DNA of 50,594 nucleotides, filler included, from Sphacelaria rigidula (taxonomy: Eukaryota), in assembly GCA_964200075.2 (NCBI GenBank). It is 3 parts of 3 records of this genome, joined end to end, with 100 filler letters (N's around TTAATTAATTAA, not from the genome) between each part and the next. Parts side by side here need not be neighbours in the genome. Positions count along the whole stretch, not along the records: positions 16,907 to 33,706 come from CAXNAA020001253.1; positions 33,807 to 50,594 come from CAXNAA020001254.1; 1 more part is not named here. One strand, given 5' to 3'. Below are positions 25,512 to 37,350 of the stretch, piece by piece; the stretch's first letter is position 1, and each line of letters starts with the position of its first letter. Below the pieces are notes generated by a model. The model saw only the letters and a list, made by a program, of their open reading frames with translations, was not told where the DNA came from and ran no database searches. A program made the translations under genes and the position numbers.

Positions 25512-28500
25512 ATGTCCAGATCGATACTGAGTGGCCTCAACACTTCCCAATCGGAGAAGCAGTATGTGTCCCTCGGAGTGGAACTAGGGACACGCGGCGA
25601 CGGTCGCGGGCGGCTGGATTACCGTACCCTCTCCGTACAGGCGAGCGTGCTGGCACAGGTACGGTGAACGAGCGCCTTCGCTCTAGCCCATAAACAAGCA
25701 GTCGGTGTACATGTGTTGTCCTGTCCTGTACTGTGCTGCATGCTAGTCTTTCTCTTGTGGATGTGGCTCCATGATCAGCTGTATGGTAATCATCTGCCAG
25801 TAAAGCATGCGTCCGTCTGCAAAGTTTCGCAAAGTTTTAATCAATTGCAGCAATGGGTTGCTTGATAAATCGCTCTCCGCACACTGGAGTTCCCAGCAAA
25901 GTCTGCTCATATCCTGCCCTTTATGCTCCAGATCATCGCTCTAGGATATCGGGGACATGAACATTCGCCAAATGAGTGTGGCCGCCAAGGGGTGCATGTG
26001 CGTCGTGTACAAACAACAAGTCATCAGCAGAGCAGATGCATACTGCAGCAGCGTGTGGACCGAGTGTCCGTTTCTTGGTTTTAGAGTGGAATGTTTTAAT
26101 ATATACTGTTGTAGATCTGGCTGCGCGGAATCATGATTGCGCGTTGCACGAACCTCAGGTCATGAAAATGATTGCAACGTCAGAAATGCCATGAACTCGT
26201 CTGTCTGTCACGCCCCTCACGAACTACGGCGTTGGGGGACACGACTGCAAACGTGGGGTGTTCAGGCCACCAAATCGCCATGAGTTCTGGACACTGGAGC
26301 GAGATCCTACACAAGGTCGATAGATTGGTACTGTCGCACTGACATCCTCCAAATTTTATCTGACCGATGTTTGTGTAGGTGGAGTTCTGGTGCGCTAATT
26401 AAATTTTAGTAGAGTATGACTACGTGATATGTACCGTCATAGCCCTGTTCGCGTCTAGCTTCAGCGGATTTTCGCGGGTGTTCAACTATAGCAGGAGTCG
26501 TGCGGGGTTATTTTTTTCCTTCAATTATCAGAGCCTGATTCTGCATAAATACAGAGCAACCGAGCTGTAGTAGCATGTATTTGCGCTGTCGGCGCCGTTG
26601 CCCATAGTGGGCTGCCAAAGATCGACCGGTCGATGGAATGACTTGATTGGTTGTCGCGGATTAGCTGGTCCCCGAGGAACTCAGCCGTGTTCACGAGATA
26701 GGCGTACGCGAGGTAATCAAAACTGACACACTCGCTATAGGAAATTCGAGAATGGGAAATATAAAATAAAAATATGGAGAAAACAGACTAGGGCAACTCC
26801 CCCCGCCCCCCCATGCTCCGTCTCGAAAGGGATGCGTGGTCAATGGTCAAATGACTAAGGCAAGCAACAAATAAGTACGCCCCCCCCTGCGCGCGCGCAT
26901 GCGTAGCAACACTACTACATGTGGGATGACATAATGAAACACGAACCGATTCAGAACGGAGTTTGTTGTTGGAGCTAGATGCATTACTTCCTCTGTGCCA
27001 TAAGTAAAGGTCCTTATGGGGTACAAATCATATCTCGCCAATCTAGTCACTCACGATACTACCGATAGGCTTGTTGAAAAGCTATGAATTTGAGGATACC
27101 TCTAAAAAAAAAAGTTGAATCCGATTCGTAATTACTGAGAAATAGAGTGTCGAATATTGGGATTTTTGGCGGGTTTTCTGGGATATATTTGAGAATTATT
27201 ATGGGAATTTTGGCCATTTTTCGCTGGCTAAGTTATACGGTAAACACAGCGGTATCATTTTCCACTGGCTGAGTTATACTTCCTCTGTGCCATAAGTAAA
27301 GGTCCTTATGGGGTACAAATCATATCTCGCCAATCTAGTCATCACCATACTACCGATAGGTTTGTTGAAAAGCTATGGATTTGAGGATACCTCTAAAAAA
27401 AAAAGTTGAATCCGATTCGTAATTATTGAGAAATAGTGTGTCGAATATTGGGAATTTTGGCGGGTTTTCTGGGATATATTTGAGAATTATTATGGGAATT
27501 TTGGCCCCGCAAGTGTATTGGTTTTAGTGTGGGTACCCCAAGTGTATTGATTTTAGTGTGGGTTCAATATTGTACTGGTTTCAGTGTGGGGGCACGCGAC
27601 ATGGATCGTTTAGTAGAGCGGGGGGTTGGGTGAGGGCCCACCGTCGCTTGCATTACCCCGCAAGTGTCTTGGTTATAGTGTGGAACCCCCAAGTATCTTG
27701 GTTTTAGTGTGGGATCACTATTATACTGTTTTTAGTATGGGGTGCGTCATGGGTCGTTGAGTAGAGGGGGGGGGCTAGGTTTGGGGTCAGGGATAATTCT
27801 TGTTTTTTTCCTCTTGTTTTTGTCAGTGCCCCGCCCTGGAGGGGGGCAAAATACATGCAAAATACGGCCTTTTTCAGGCCGACTGTTTTTTTCTCGGCCG
27901 CTCATGCACGCGGGGCGGTGCGTGCAACAAAAAAGAAAAAACGTACTTCAACAAAAAAAAACTCCAAAAATTTCAAAAAAATGGTCGCCGGCGGCATCGG
28001 ACACCGTTAAAGGTCTGTGTAAACATAAGGACCTTAACTTATGGCACAGAGGAAGTATATTAGAATCAGCGCGTGATTCACACAACTGAGCCCATTTGAT
28101 ATATCAAATTTGTGCTCTTGATATCAGAACGCAAGATCCAGTTTTGATTCGTTTTTGATACCTGTACTGTACCGCTATGTCCCCTGGGTCACAACAATTT
28201 ACGCGTTTTTTTCAATTGCGGTCGGAATCTTTGCCTCACTAGTTCCCCATCAAGGTCCAAGTGTTGAAAAGCTGGTTGCCTGTTGTCTGACCGGATGCCT
28301 CGAGGGTCACAGGTGTCAAATAAAGTGTAGAAGGGAGGGGGCCGAACCCTGAGCACCCATCGAAATTCGAAGAGGCAGGGTGCTCATCGCAGCAGCGTTG
28401 CTCCGAAAAGCCCTGGAGTCCCCTGCGTTGGAATACCCCACAACGGCAACCCATCGAGCAAGATATCTTGACACCCCATCGGACAGATGCACGTCAATCA

Positions 28501-31500
28501 CCGCTGTGACACGCACTGCGCAAAGAAGCGTGCACACGTTCAAACGCTGTTCCGCATCGCCCACTCCCAACTACGGGCGGTAGAGCTCGAGTTTCACGAG
28601 GAAAAGGGACCGTATTGTAGTATCACCATCGTGAGAAACAGTAACGCACTCCTGCCGTCCGTGCAAGGGTGCAAGGCAGCACTCCCTGAATAGAGGACCA
28701 AGGGGTGTCTGGAGCGTGGGCAAAACATGGATTTCGCAGCCACGATCGTTCGAGTGCTGTCTGGGCCCCGCGTGCAGTTCTGTACTGCTCCTGTCTACGA
28801 CGTGCTACATATACCGTACTGCGCTGTACCTTTGTACTACTGCGGTGTGCTGCACGACAGTCAATATCAATCCGCGCACTGAACTGATTGTTGTGCAGTC
28901 GGTACATGTATTGTATTCGGTGTTGTAATGACCGTCCCGCACGCGCGTTCTCAAACGGAGATGGGGGTACCCGCTGTTCGCTCAGGGGTACCCACGTCAA
29001 TGAATGACGGAAATATGGAGGCGTGTACCCAAATAAAACATGATGCAAGTTCGGGGGTCTCGCACGTGCTCTTTTTCAAGTAACTGAACTTGCAAGTTCA
29101 GCTAGGGTAAAAATGACCCGCAAGACGTGTTTCGCACGCTCTAATAGCATGCTGGTATTGGTAGTGGAGCCATACGACTAAATTCCGGGAAATGAGGGAC
29201 GAGTGAGAGTCGACTCCCGCGACTGATCTCGGAAAATGGCGACGAGCCAGAGTCGACACCCACGACTGAATTTGGAAAATGACGAGGAGTAAGGGTCGAC
29301 CCCCACGACTGAATTCGGGAAATGGTGACGAGTAAGAGTCGATTCGTAGGACTGAAATCGGGAAATCAGGGACGACGAAGAGTTTAACTCTTGGGACTAG
29401 ATTTGGAAAACATCAACGACTACGACCAAAAGTCGTGAGCTCGTAGTCGTTGAACGTGTGCAGATTTTTCACAGCTGTGCGTGGAAGCTCTTTGGAAGCT
29501 ACGTGCAGTACCGCATTTGTGCCGTGTCGGGAGTTTCGGGGTCAGCGGAGTCCGAAGATGACGGATCGCACAGAAAGTTACCAAGTATTTATACCGAGAG
29601 GTGCTGGATATGTTGGAAGTTCGCCGACTGTGTCCATGATGGAAAATTCAAAGTTACGGATCTTTTTTGTTATCTGTGTCGAGAATTCGAAAATTTACTC
29701 CACAGTGACAAAGTTATCTCTGTTCAGCTTACCGCTCGTTCTCACTGTCTCTCCGCCTCTGTCCCTATTTCTGCCTTGATCTCGTCTCTCTCTCTCTCTC
29801 TCCCTCTCTCCCTCTCTGGACAGGCGAACGGTTCGGCGAGGGTGACTATCGCACACAATGGCACCGACGTGCTTGCCGCAGTCAAGGTAATTGAAATGGT
29901 GTAGCGGATTTACCCGTACACTACAAGTTACAGCTCTACGCTAGCTAAGCCGCAGAAAGAAGATGTCATTCTCCTCTTCGCGACTCAAAGTTGATAATTC
30001 TTTATATATACATATATATATGGTATGATGTCACATACCTTTTGATAATGTCTGTACTGGTGGGCTCTACTAAATACCGGTTGGCTCCGCTCACACACGT
30101 GTTTTCGATATCCATACCCCCTCTGCACGTGCAGTTGGTTGTTGTACCGCCAAGCGTGGGTCCCCCCGTCCAGCTGATCTCGCAGCCGGCGACGCAGGCG
30201 CTCCATCTGCCTTCTCTACAACGATACAAAACTCGAAACTCGAAATCAACTCGGGCCGGTCAAAGGACGGCAAAATTCTATGTATTTGCTATGTATGGGC
30301 GTGTTACTGGCCTGTGGTGTTTCATCGCAGCGTGATATTGCGCGCATTACTCAACGCCCGGTCGTGTTCGAGATTCGTACGGGAAGACCAGGGCATGGTG
30401 AGGTTACAAATACACACGGGGTGCTCGAATCCGCCGTGTGTCGCGAGAACACTTCATTACCGTCAGTCTCAAGTGTGAAACCTCGCGCGGACGGCGTGCA
30501 CTCTAACGGCAAGCGAATATGCGTTTTCCATTGATTTCCACTGGATATTTATGAGTTCAAACGGCGTCGTGGGGGATTTTTGCTACGCGGCACTCCAGCC
30601 GCGGCCGATCATATCTCGCGTCGTAATTGATCGATTTGGCGTGCTTACAGCACCAAAGGACAGTCACATAAAAGCGGTCCATGTATACCGCAACAACCCA
30701 TGTCTCTCGGGATGCGTCAAGCTTTCTCGAGATCGGAGCATCAAAGCAAAGTTGCAGGGAACTCCGTGCACAAACCTCTCCTGTTATCACTCGGTTTGTG
30801 TATAGGAGCACGGCACGCCGTTTCAGACCGACAGCTAAACCGGTCAGGTTGACCGTAGCGAGGCGCTGTCGGGACACGAATCCTTGCCTAATCTTTTCCT
30901 TGCACCTCTGTGCTCACCGTGTCCAGACCTTTCTATCCATATCTCGAACGCGACCGGATTTGTTGAGTATCACATACAATGTGACGCTGCGATGGAATAC
31001 CTCCAGGCAGCAACACGCCCATCCCCCGCCAACACACAGGATTTCGCCATCCTTTGATCGGCCCGAGTTGGTTTCGAGTGTGCTGTCGTGCTTCGATCTC
31101 GTAGCGCTTCGCCTCGTCCAGCAAAATAGTGCGTGTATCTGTGTGCTCATGTTAACCTGGCCTTTCCGTACCAAACCCTGGACAATGAATTCTATTGTAA
31201 AAAATGTACTGCGTACAGTATGGAATCTATTGTCTATCGCAACAGGTGCAATAGTCGATACTGTAGGCAGTACACTTTTTGACTGTGTATTATCTTGTCC
31301 AGGGTGTGTTCCGTACACGTCCATCCTCAGAATGGCTGCGTGACGTAGTGCGTGCTCCATGACGCTACTGCGATGGGACAGCACCCGCCAGCAAAGCGCT
31401 CGTTTCTCGTCAAAACCCAGACAAAGGACTTTGCCGTTTTTTCGACCGTCCAGTTACTGTTCGGGTGGTATGTTGTAATGCTTCAAATGTCGTCACGCCG

Positions 31501-33216
31501 TGCATCTCCCTCGGCAGAAATAATTTGTTGCGACGGTGAGACAGATATATTTACATCACAAACGACTTAATCTGTGCCCGCGCTACGATCGCTATCTATG
31601 TGGCGAGAGCGGGTGTCTGGCAAATGGAGAGAATGCTGCGATTAAGCCGCGATTGGGGTGGATCGTGGTCCATTTTGGATCTTCCCGGTCGAAATCGGGC
31701 TGCGATCAGATGGGGACCGGGGCCCAGAACGCTTAATCGGAAGTGATTCGTACCAAAATATCATAGTCTTCCGTCTGCGCGATGATTGCAGAGAACCCGC
31801 GGTTCATACATTCGATACTGGGCAAGCTAAAGTTTGGAACATTGGAAGAAGAAAAAAAATGAACAAACAAGCAAGGATAGAAACACAAGTCATTCACCCA
31901 CCCCACCCTCCCTACTTGTGAAAAAAAGAAAATAATGGTACAGCTGCACCATGCAGATGAAGAAAAATAAGGGCTATGTATACTTTTACAGTACAATGCA
32001 ACCCCCGGGCGGAGCAAAACATGTTTTTGTTTTGTTTTGGTCATCATCCAGTATGATGATCACGAATCTTATTTGTGCTGCTCGGAGGCACTGTAGCAGC
32101 TCAGCTCTTTCCCCTCCCCCTTTTCCCTCTGGGCTGAACGGCTTCAAAAGGTTGAAGTGGGTGAACCAGACGGTGACGCGCCTAACCGGGGGCGGGTTGT
32201 GGTGGAGGTGTCATGCTCCAATAGCCTGTTCCCCAAGTTCGACGAGCGCTCGTCTGGAGACGTGAACGCCGTGCTCAGCCGGGCGTTGGAACGCAGCATG
32301 CGCGGAGCGGGCGGTAAGCGGTCAAAGCGATCCCGACGCTTGTCGCAATAGGGATGTGCATGTGTATGCGAGTGCTCGTATGTGTGTGCAACGGGGGTGT
32401 GGGTAGGGGAACGAGTGGGGCGCAAAAAGGGTGAAGGAGCGGGTTAGGGTTAGGTTCGCCGAGATGGGTACATGTGTGTGTGTGTGTTTGTAGCTTGTGT
32501 TGTTGGGGTAAAGTGGATCCACCTGAATGTGCGTGTATGTATATATATATATATATATATGTGTGTGTATATTCTCGTCACACTTGTGACCCTTTCCATT
32601 CCTCGGGACGAGTCCGTGGTCTCAAGGGACCAGTCAACCCGTCTGTCTACCCCCCGGTATGTACCCGCCTTGCAGTTTGGTCTTGCGGATTGGATCATGA
32701 CCATCAGCACTACCGCATCGCGTTCGCCTGTCGCCTCGTGAGGAACTCAGCCAGGCAAACGGACTCTTTTTTGCATGCTGCTCACGTCCCGTCCGAAGCG
32801 GTCAACGGCAGAAATCAGACACTTTCGAAGAAGAAACCCGAGCGCATCATCTGGCGGGAATTAGACCCGTGTTCTTTTCTACCTATACTGCACCACATGG
32901 TATCAGTTGGACCGTTAGATCACCGGGTCGAGGTGTCAAAGACTGGATCACGTTACCGGGCCAAGTACTACTATGTGTGCACATTTTTTTTTTCGTGTGT
33001 GTGTGTGTGTGTGTGTCACGCTGACGTGGAACATTGGGCGCCGGCCTCGACGACTCATGTTGAAGAAATTTTCCAGACGTCGAACAGCCCACGAGTTACC
33101 ATACTATTACTTCTTGTTCGTATACTGATCCGGATCATGAGCTATGATAACTCATTTGGCTCCCTTTTCCATATTTGTTCCCTACAGTGCTGGACGCCGA
33201 GCACGTGGAGGAGTAG
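25512..33216 (+). CDS. RRP42: Exosome complex RNase PH-like subunit RRP42 (EXOSC7), partial
   Basis: Exon 25512-25658: MSRSILSGLNTSQSEKQYVSLGVELGTRGDGRGRLDYRTLSVQASVLAQ. Exon 29824-29886: ANGSARVTIAHNGTDVLAAVK. Exon 32151-32313: VEVGEPDGDAPNRGRVVVEVSCSNSLFPKFDERSSGDVNAVLSRALERSM. Tentative exon 33188-33216: VLDAEHVEE*. The R.DGR...DYR and NGSARV motifs are typical of RRP42/43/45. The SEK.Y..G N-terminus and EVGEP....P..G points to RRP42. Confidence 0.88.
26986..27215. repeat. Tandem duplicate of the left ~230 bp of the adjacent mariner-type MITE
   Basis: Nearly identical to 27278-27505, including the TA + TIR start. Confidence 0.85.
27278..28055. mobile_element. Tc1/mariner (Stowaway-like) MITE, TA-flanked
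   Basis: Left end TA-CTTCCTCTGTGCCATAAGTAAAGGTCCTTATG; right end CATAAGGACCTTAACTTATGGCACAGAGGAAG-TA. Internal repeats of CAAGTGTATTGGTTTTAGTGTGGG at 27510-27745. Confidence 0.85.
29172..29430. repeat. ~43-bp degenerate minisatellite (~6 units)
   Basis: Unit of the form CACGACTGAATTCGGAAAATGG.GACGAG..AGAGTCGAC.CC. A related, more degenerate array lies at ~1205-1480. Confidence 0.75.
30220..31092. mobile_element. Degenerate TIR element (~870 bp) in RRP42 intron 2
   Basis: ACTCGAAATCAACTCGGGCCGGTCAAAGGACGGCAAAATTC (~30238-30278) is the inverted match of GGATTTCGCCATCCTTTGATCGGCCCGAGTTGGTTTCGAGT (~31039-31079). Confidence 0.55.
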
Positions 33217-33706
33217 CGCAAAGGTAGAGTAGAGCTTTGGCTTCTCGGACCCCGCTGCTACGCATTTTGTGTTTTTGGACAAGGGATCTGAGAGTTATAT
33301 CCGACTAGTTACTCGAGGTAGCTCATGAGCTGTCTGACGTGTGAAAGTCCCCTCCCCCCCCCAAGGCTGATGATGAAGCACGCGCACACGTCGCATCCCA
33401 TGGACCTCGTTCTGTTTGTCTGAAGCGTAGAGCACGTTTGAATTCTGTATTGCACTGTGCTTAAGAGCTGTGAACTGGGTTTGCTAAATCAGTTAACTGG
33501 TTGCAAAAAATTGCGATCAGTCACTGTTATCAGTTAAAACTGGATACCTGGCGGCGAAGCCGCCTCGCGACTCCGCCACCGGTGTCTGGCAAGGCAACGC
33601 GGCGGAGTCCTGTAAAACGCCCCCCCCCCCCCCCCCCCCCCCCCCCGCCCCCGCGGCACCCCGGCCGCGCCCCGCCCCGCCTGGTTCGGTGCGGCGCCCC
33701 CGCGGG

Positions 33707-33806
33707 NNNNNNNNNNNNNNNNNNNNNNNNNNNNNNNNNNNNNNNNNNNNTTAATTAATTAANNNNNNNNNNNNNNNNNNNNNNNNNNNNNNNNNNNNNN
33801 NNNNNN
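33707..33806. other. Scaffold gap with artificial TTAATTAATTAA linker
   Basis: Identical 100-nt structure, preceded by a low-quality poly-C tract. Confidence 0.95.
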
Positions 33807-36571
33807 CCTTTTGGGCAATCAGGCCGAAGAAGTCGTGAATTTGGTGATTTTGAGTCGTGATGATTTGTCCTAACCGTGAAACCATGTCATCTTCTCACAC
33901 AAGGATGTTCCCGCCGCTTTTGCATCCCACGCGTTTGCCAAGCACACTATCCCCATGCGAGGTGTTCTGTGGAGCAGCTCAGCGGACAACAGAGGTGCCC
34001 GCTCGTACTCAAGTTTAATCAACGACTCACGAAAAAAAATCTAGGGCGATTTTTTTTTCCATTTCATGAATATTGAAAGGTATTCGGTTCGGACAGTAGA
34101 GCTAACTGCTTAGAGTCGACGGTTACGCGAGGTCGCGATATCACTGTTTCCACAATTAACTGATGATTTTACCTCTTCTCCGATGAGGTGAACAACTTTC
34201 GAATAATATCCGACGTCACAGACGATCATGAAAAAACATTCATGTGCTTTCCACTCCCCGCACCGGCGTTTCTCCCTCACACCAAAACGACCGAAAATCT
34301 ACCAATAAGTATCTCCCCACTTGAACACTCGACGAATACCATTTGAAAAATTATCAAAACAGACAAGAAAGGAAACGTTAGCCACATCACATCAATCACA
34401 GGACGACGACCGGGCCTACCTCGGGAGAGGTGAATGCGTTTTCATCACCTTGAAAAAAAAAAACGCAGTTCCACTACTACGACAGATCATGATCACACAC
34501 GATGCTACGCGCGCTTTCCCCGTCGACACGAAGAAGCCCCCGGAGCATCTCCTTTCTATACACGGCACTTGCCAACGGCACCGATATGATCCGCACAGGA
34601 AGCGCGGGCACAACACGGTGAAAAAATCCAACCGTCCGCTCTATTTTATAACCGAGTTTGGCGCAACATGGAACAAATAAATATGTGCTGTCCCGATTGT
34701 CCCCTCCCCTGTCGCTCGGGGGGAGCAAAAATAAAGAAACAAACTGACACACAACACCGCGCGAGAGAGAACGAAACAGGGGTGGCACAAAGTTTTTTGA
34801 TTGGCCACAAGGAGACCCATTGAAATATGAATGACCAATAATAGATTCATTGATCGATAGCTGACAGCCCCACAATGGCCAATCAGATCCATGACGTTGG
34901 ATTATGGCAAATCAGAAACCAGCGTGACACCTTCGTCTCTCCCTCTCTCTCGCTCCCCAGTCACAACAAAGGTGGGGTGTGTCCTCATCAGACGCTTTTG
35001 CATTCATAAAATTTACGCCCACCACCGTTGAGAATGATAGAAAAAATATCTTGATCGAAAAAGCACTTCCCGGCCAGACGCTGACGAAGCTCATAGTACC
35101 ACGTGTAAATAAACAAAACAACCCTGGTGTACTTCATGACCCTGAAACGACACGACGAAAAATATAAAGAAGCACAAGCAAGACTTTTTTTAAACAACAA
35201 CTAAAGTATAAAATCGCGGGCACAGAAAAAACTCGAACGCACATGTCACACCCTTATCGCACGAGCCGCCTTGGCTTCCACTTTGAGGTGCTCTCCTTAT
35301 CCATCAAGAAGCAACAAACGATCCGAGTCTCAGCAAAATCAACGCCACACAAAAAGCACACGGCGTATATTTACCATGTACAGAACACGCCACCCCCACG
35401 TATACTCCAAATACATGGTCCTTAGTCGTTCTCTCCCTCACCCCTCATCCCCGACACCCTTTCCTCTATATGTACGGGTGCCTCGAGAGCACTCCGTCTC
35501 AAAAACACGCCGAATCTATTGTCCAAGCACAGCCTCCGCACCACTACAAAACGTCCTACAGTTCGCAAAAAGGAGACTCAAGGTGCGCCTGACACCTCGG
35601 CAAATGCACAAAAATAACCACGCGCGCCGAAATATTGCACCAAACACTCCTGTACCACCCCCGTTCCTGCCCCCCCTCCCCGCCCCACCCGGCCCACACC
35701 ACTTCGATTCTCCAGCGAAGTGGTCCATCGCGTACTAACCACGGCTTGCACTAAACACAAAAAGAAAAAGCCGTTCGTCGTGTGATTGACCTACTTCATT
35801 CTACAGCGGGTGATGGTCTGTACTCCCCTCATGTCATATTCGAAAGCACACAGGGATTGGTGAGAATAAGTGAAATGAAAAAAGACAGTCGCAACAGTCG
35901 GCATGACCCCACTAAATTTCAAGACTGCAGACCAACCACTGGAGGGTGCCGTGCGCATGTCTGCCCCCACCCCCCCCCTCCCCCCCCCCCCAGCCTGGAT
36001 ACACACGCGAAGCGATGTTACGCACCCGTTTCACCGGATTTCAAGGGTAAAATATCATACTCCATTCGGCATGAGGGTAGCTCCACGCCGTTCATTCGTG
36101 ATGAGACAAAAGACACTCAGGTAATCGCGCCTCATGCTCTACATGGTTATCTATGCACATTCGTCATTCGAGCTACCCGCCTGAAGGTCTTTTACCTTTC
36201 CTTTCCACTCCGTCTCTTCCCGCTTCCCCCCCCCGTCTCGAAAGGGATGCGTGGTCCAAGCAACAAATGAGTACGCTCCCCCCCCCGACCCGTCCCCTAA
36301 TTCTTTGCCACGTGAAATGTTCCCCCTACCATACGTCAAAATCAGTTTGTGCTGTCTGATGACCAGTCAGCCACGAAAAATGATGAAAACAGAAAAAAAA
36401 ACAAGAAACAATCTGGAACGACTCATGTCTTTGGCCCACGTCTTCTTCCAATGAATCCTGTTTTTTTTCGGCAGTCACTTTAAATTGAGAAGATCGTGTG
36501 CTCCTCCGGCAATTTTCTGCTTCGACACGAGAGCTTGTTTGCTGTTGCTAGTCTCATGTTATTCAAACAGA

Positions 36572-37316
36572 CTAGCAAGACCCTGCCAGCACCTCGGCAA
36601 TTTTACCCTTGGAGTGGGAGCCGATCCAGCTGGCGCGAGCCACGTCGAGGGGGGTCTGACCACGCGTGTTCCGGATATGCACGTTTGCGTAGTGCTTCAC
36701 GAGGGCCTGAATGCCACGGCAAAATGCAGGGTACAACAAAAAAGGATATACGTGGTGGGAAAGGAGGGAAAGGGGGGGAGGGGGAGGGGGGGTAAAAGTT
36801 GTTGCTTGCTTCATTATAGTCATTCAAGCATTGACCACGCATCCTTTTCGAGACGGAAGGAGGTGAGGGGCGTATACTCATGAACTTGCAGGCCATAGTC
36901 ATACAGTGTGGCCATTGACCTCGCATCCCTACAAAGCCGGGACGAAGCACGCCGGGTTTTCGCCGGACTAGGCTCACGATCAATCACCAAGCACGAAGCG
37001 CCGTGATGTGTTCGGTGAGTCGTATGAAGGGTCAGCTGCATCCTGCCAATATTGTTCGGCCCAAAGACAACTTTCAGTATCTTGCATGTGGATGACAGCC
37101 TACAATGATTTGCTTCATATTGTGGTATCGCCACTTAGAGAGAGGGGTGAGGGGAGGAGGGGCTTGTCTCAGTCAGTTGATCATTGACTACGCATCTCTT
37201 TCGCCATGGAAGAGGGGAGTTGGGGAGGGGGGGGGGGGGGGGGGGGAAAGCAGAAGCCGGCGCTCCGGCGAGCCGGCGCTTGAAGGCCNNNNNNNNNNGG
37301 GGGTGGGGTGGTGTGT

Positions 37317-37350
<34 letters not shown>

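Noticed and set aside
29172..29430. CRISPR array
   Set aside because: No unique spacers, no cas genes and a eukaryotic context; it is a minisatellite.
30681..33232. Long ORFs 30681-31343, 30914-31384, 32474-33232 (and 15770-16342)
   Set aside because: Low-complexity or microsatellite-derived composition, intronic or intergenic position, and no domain motifs.
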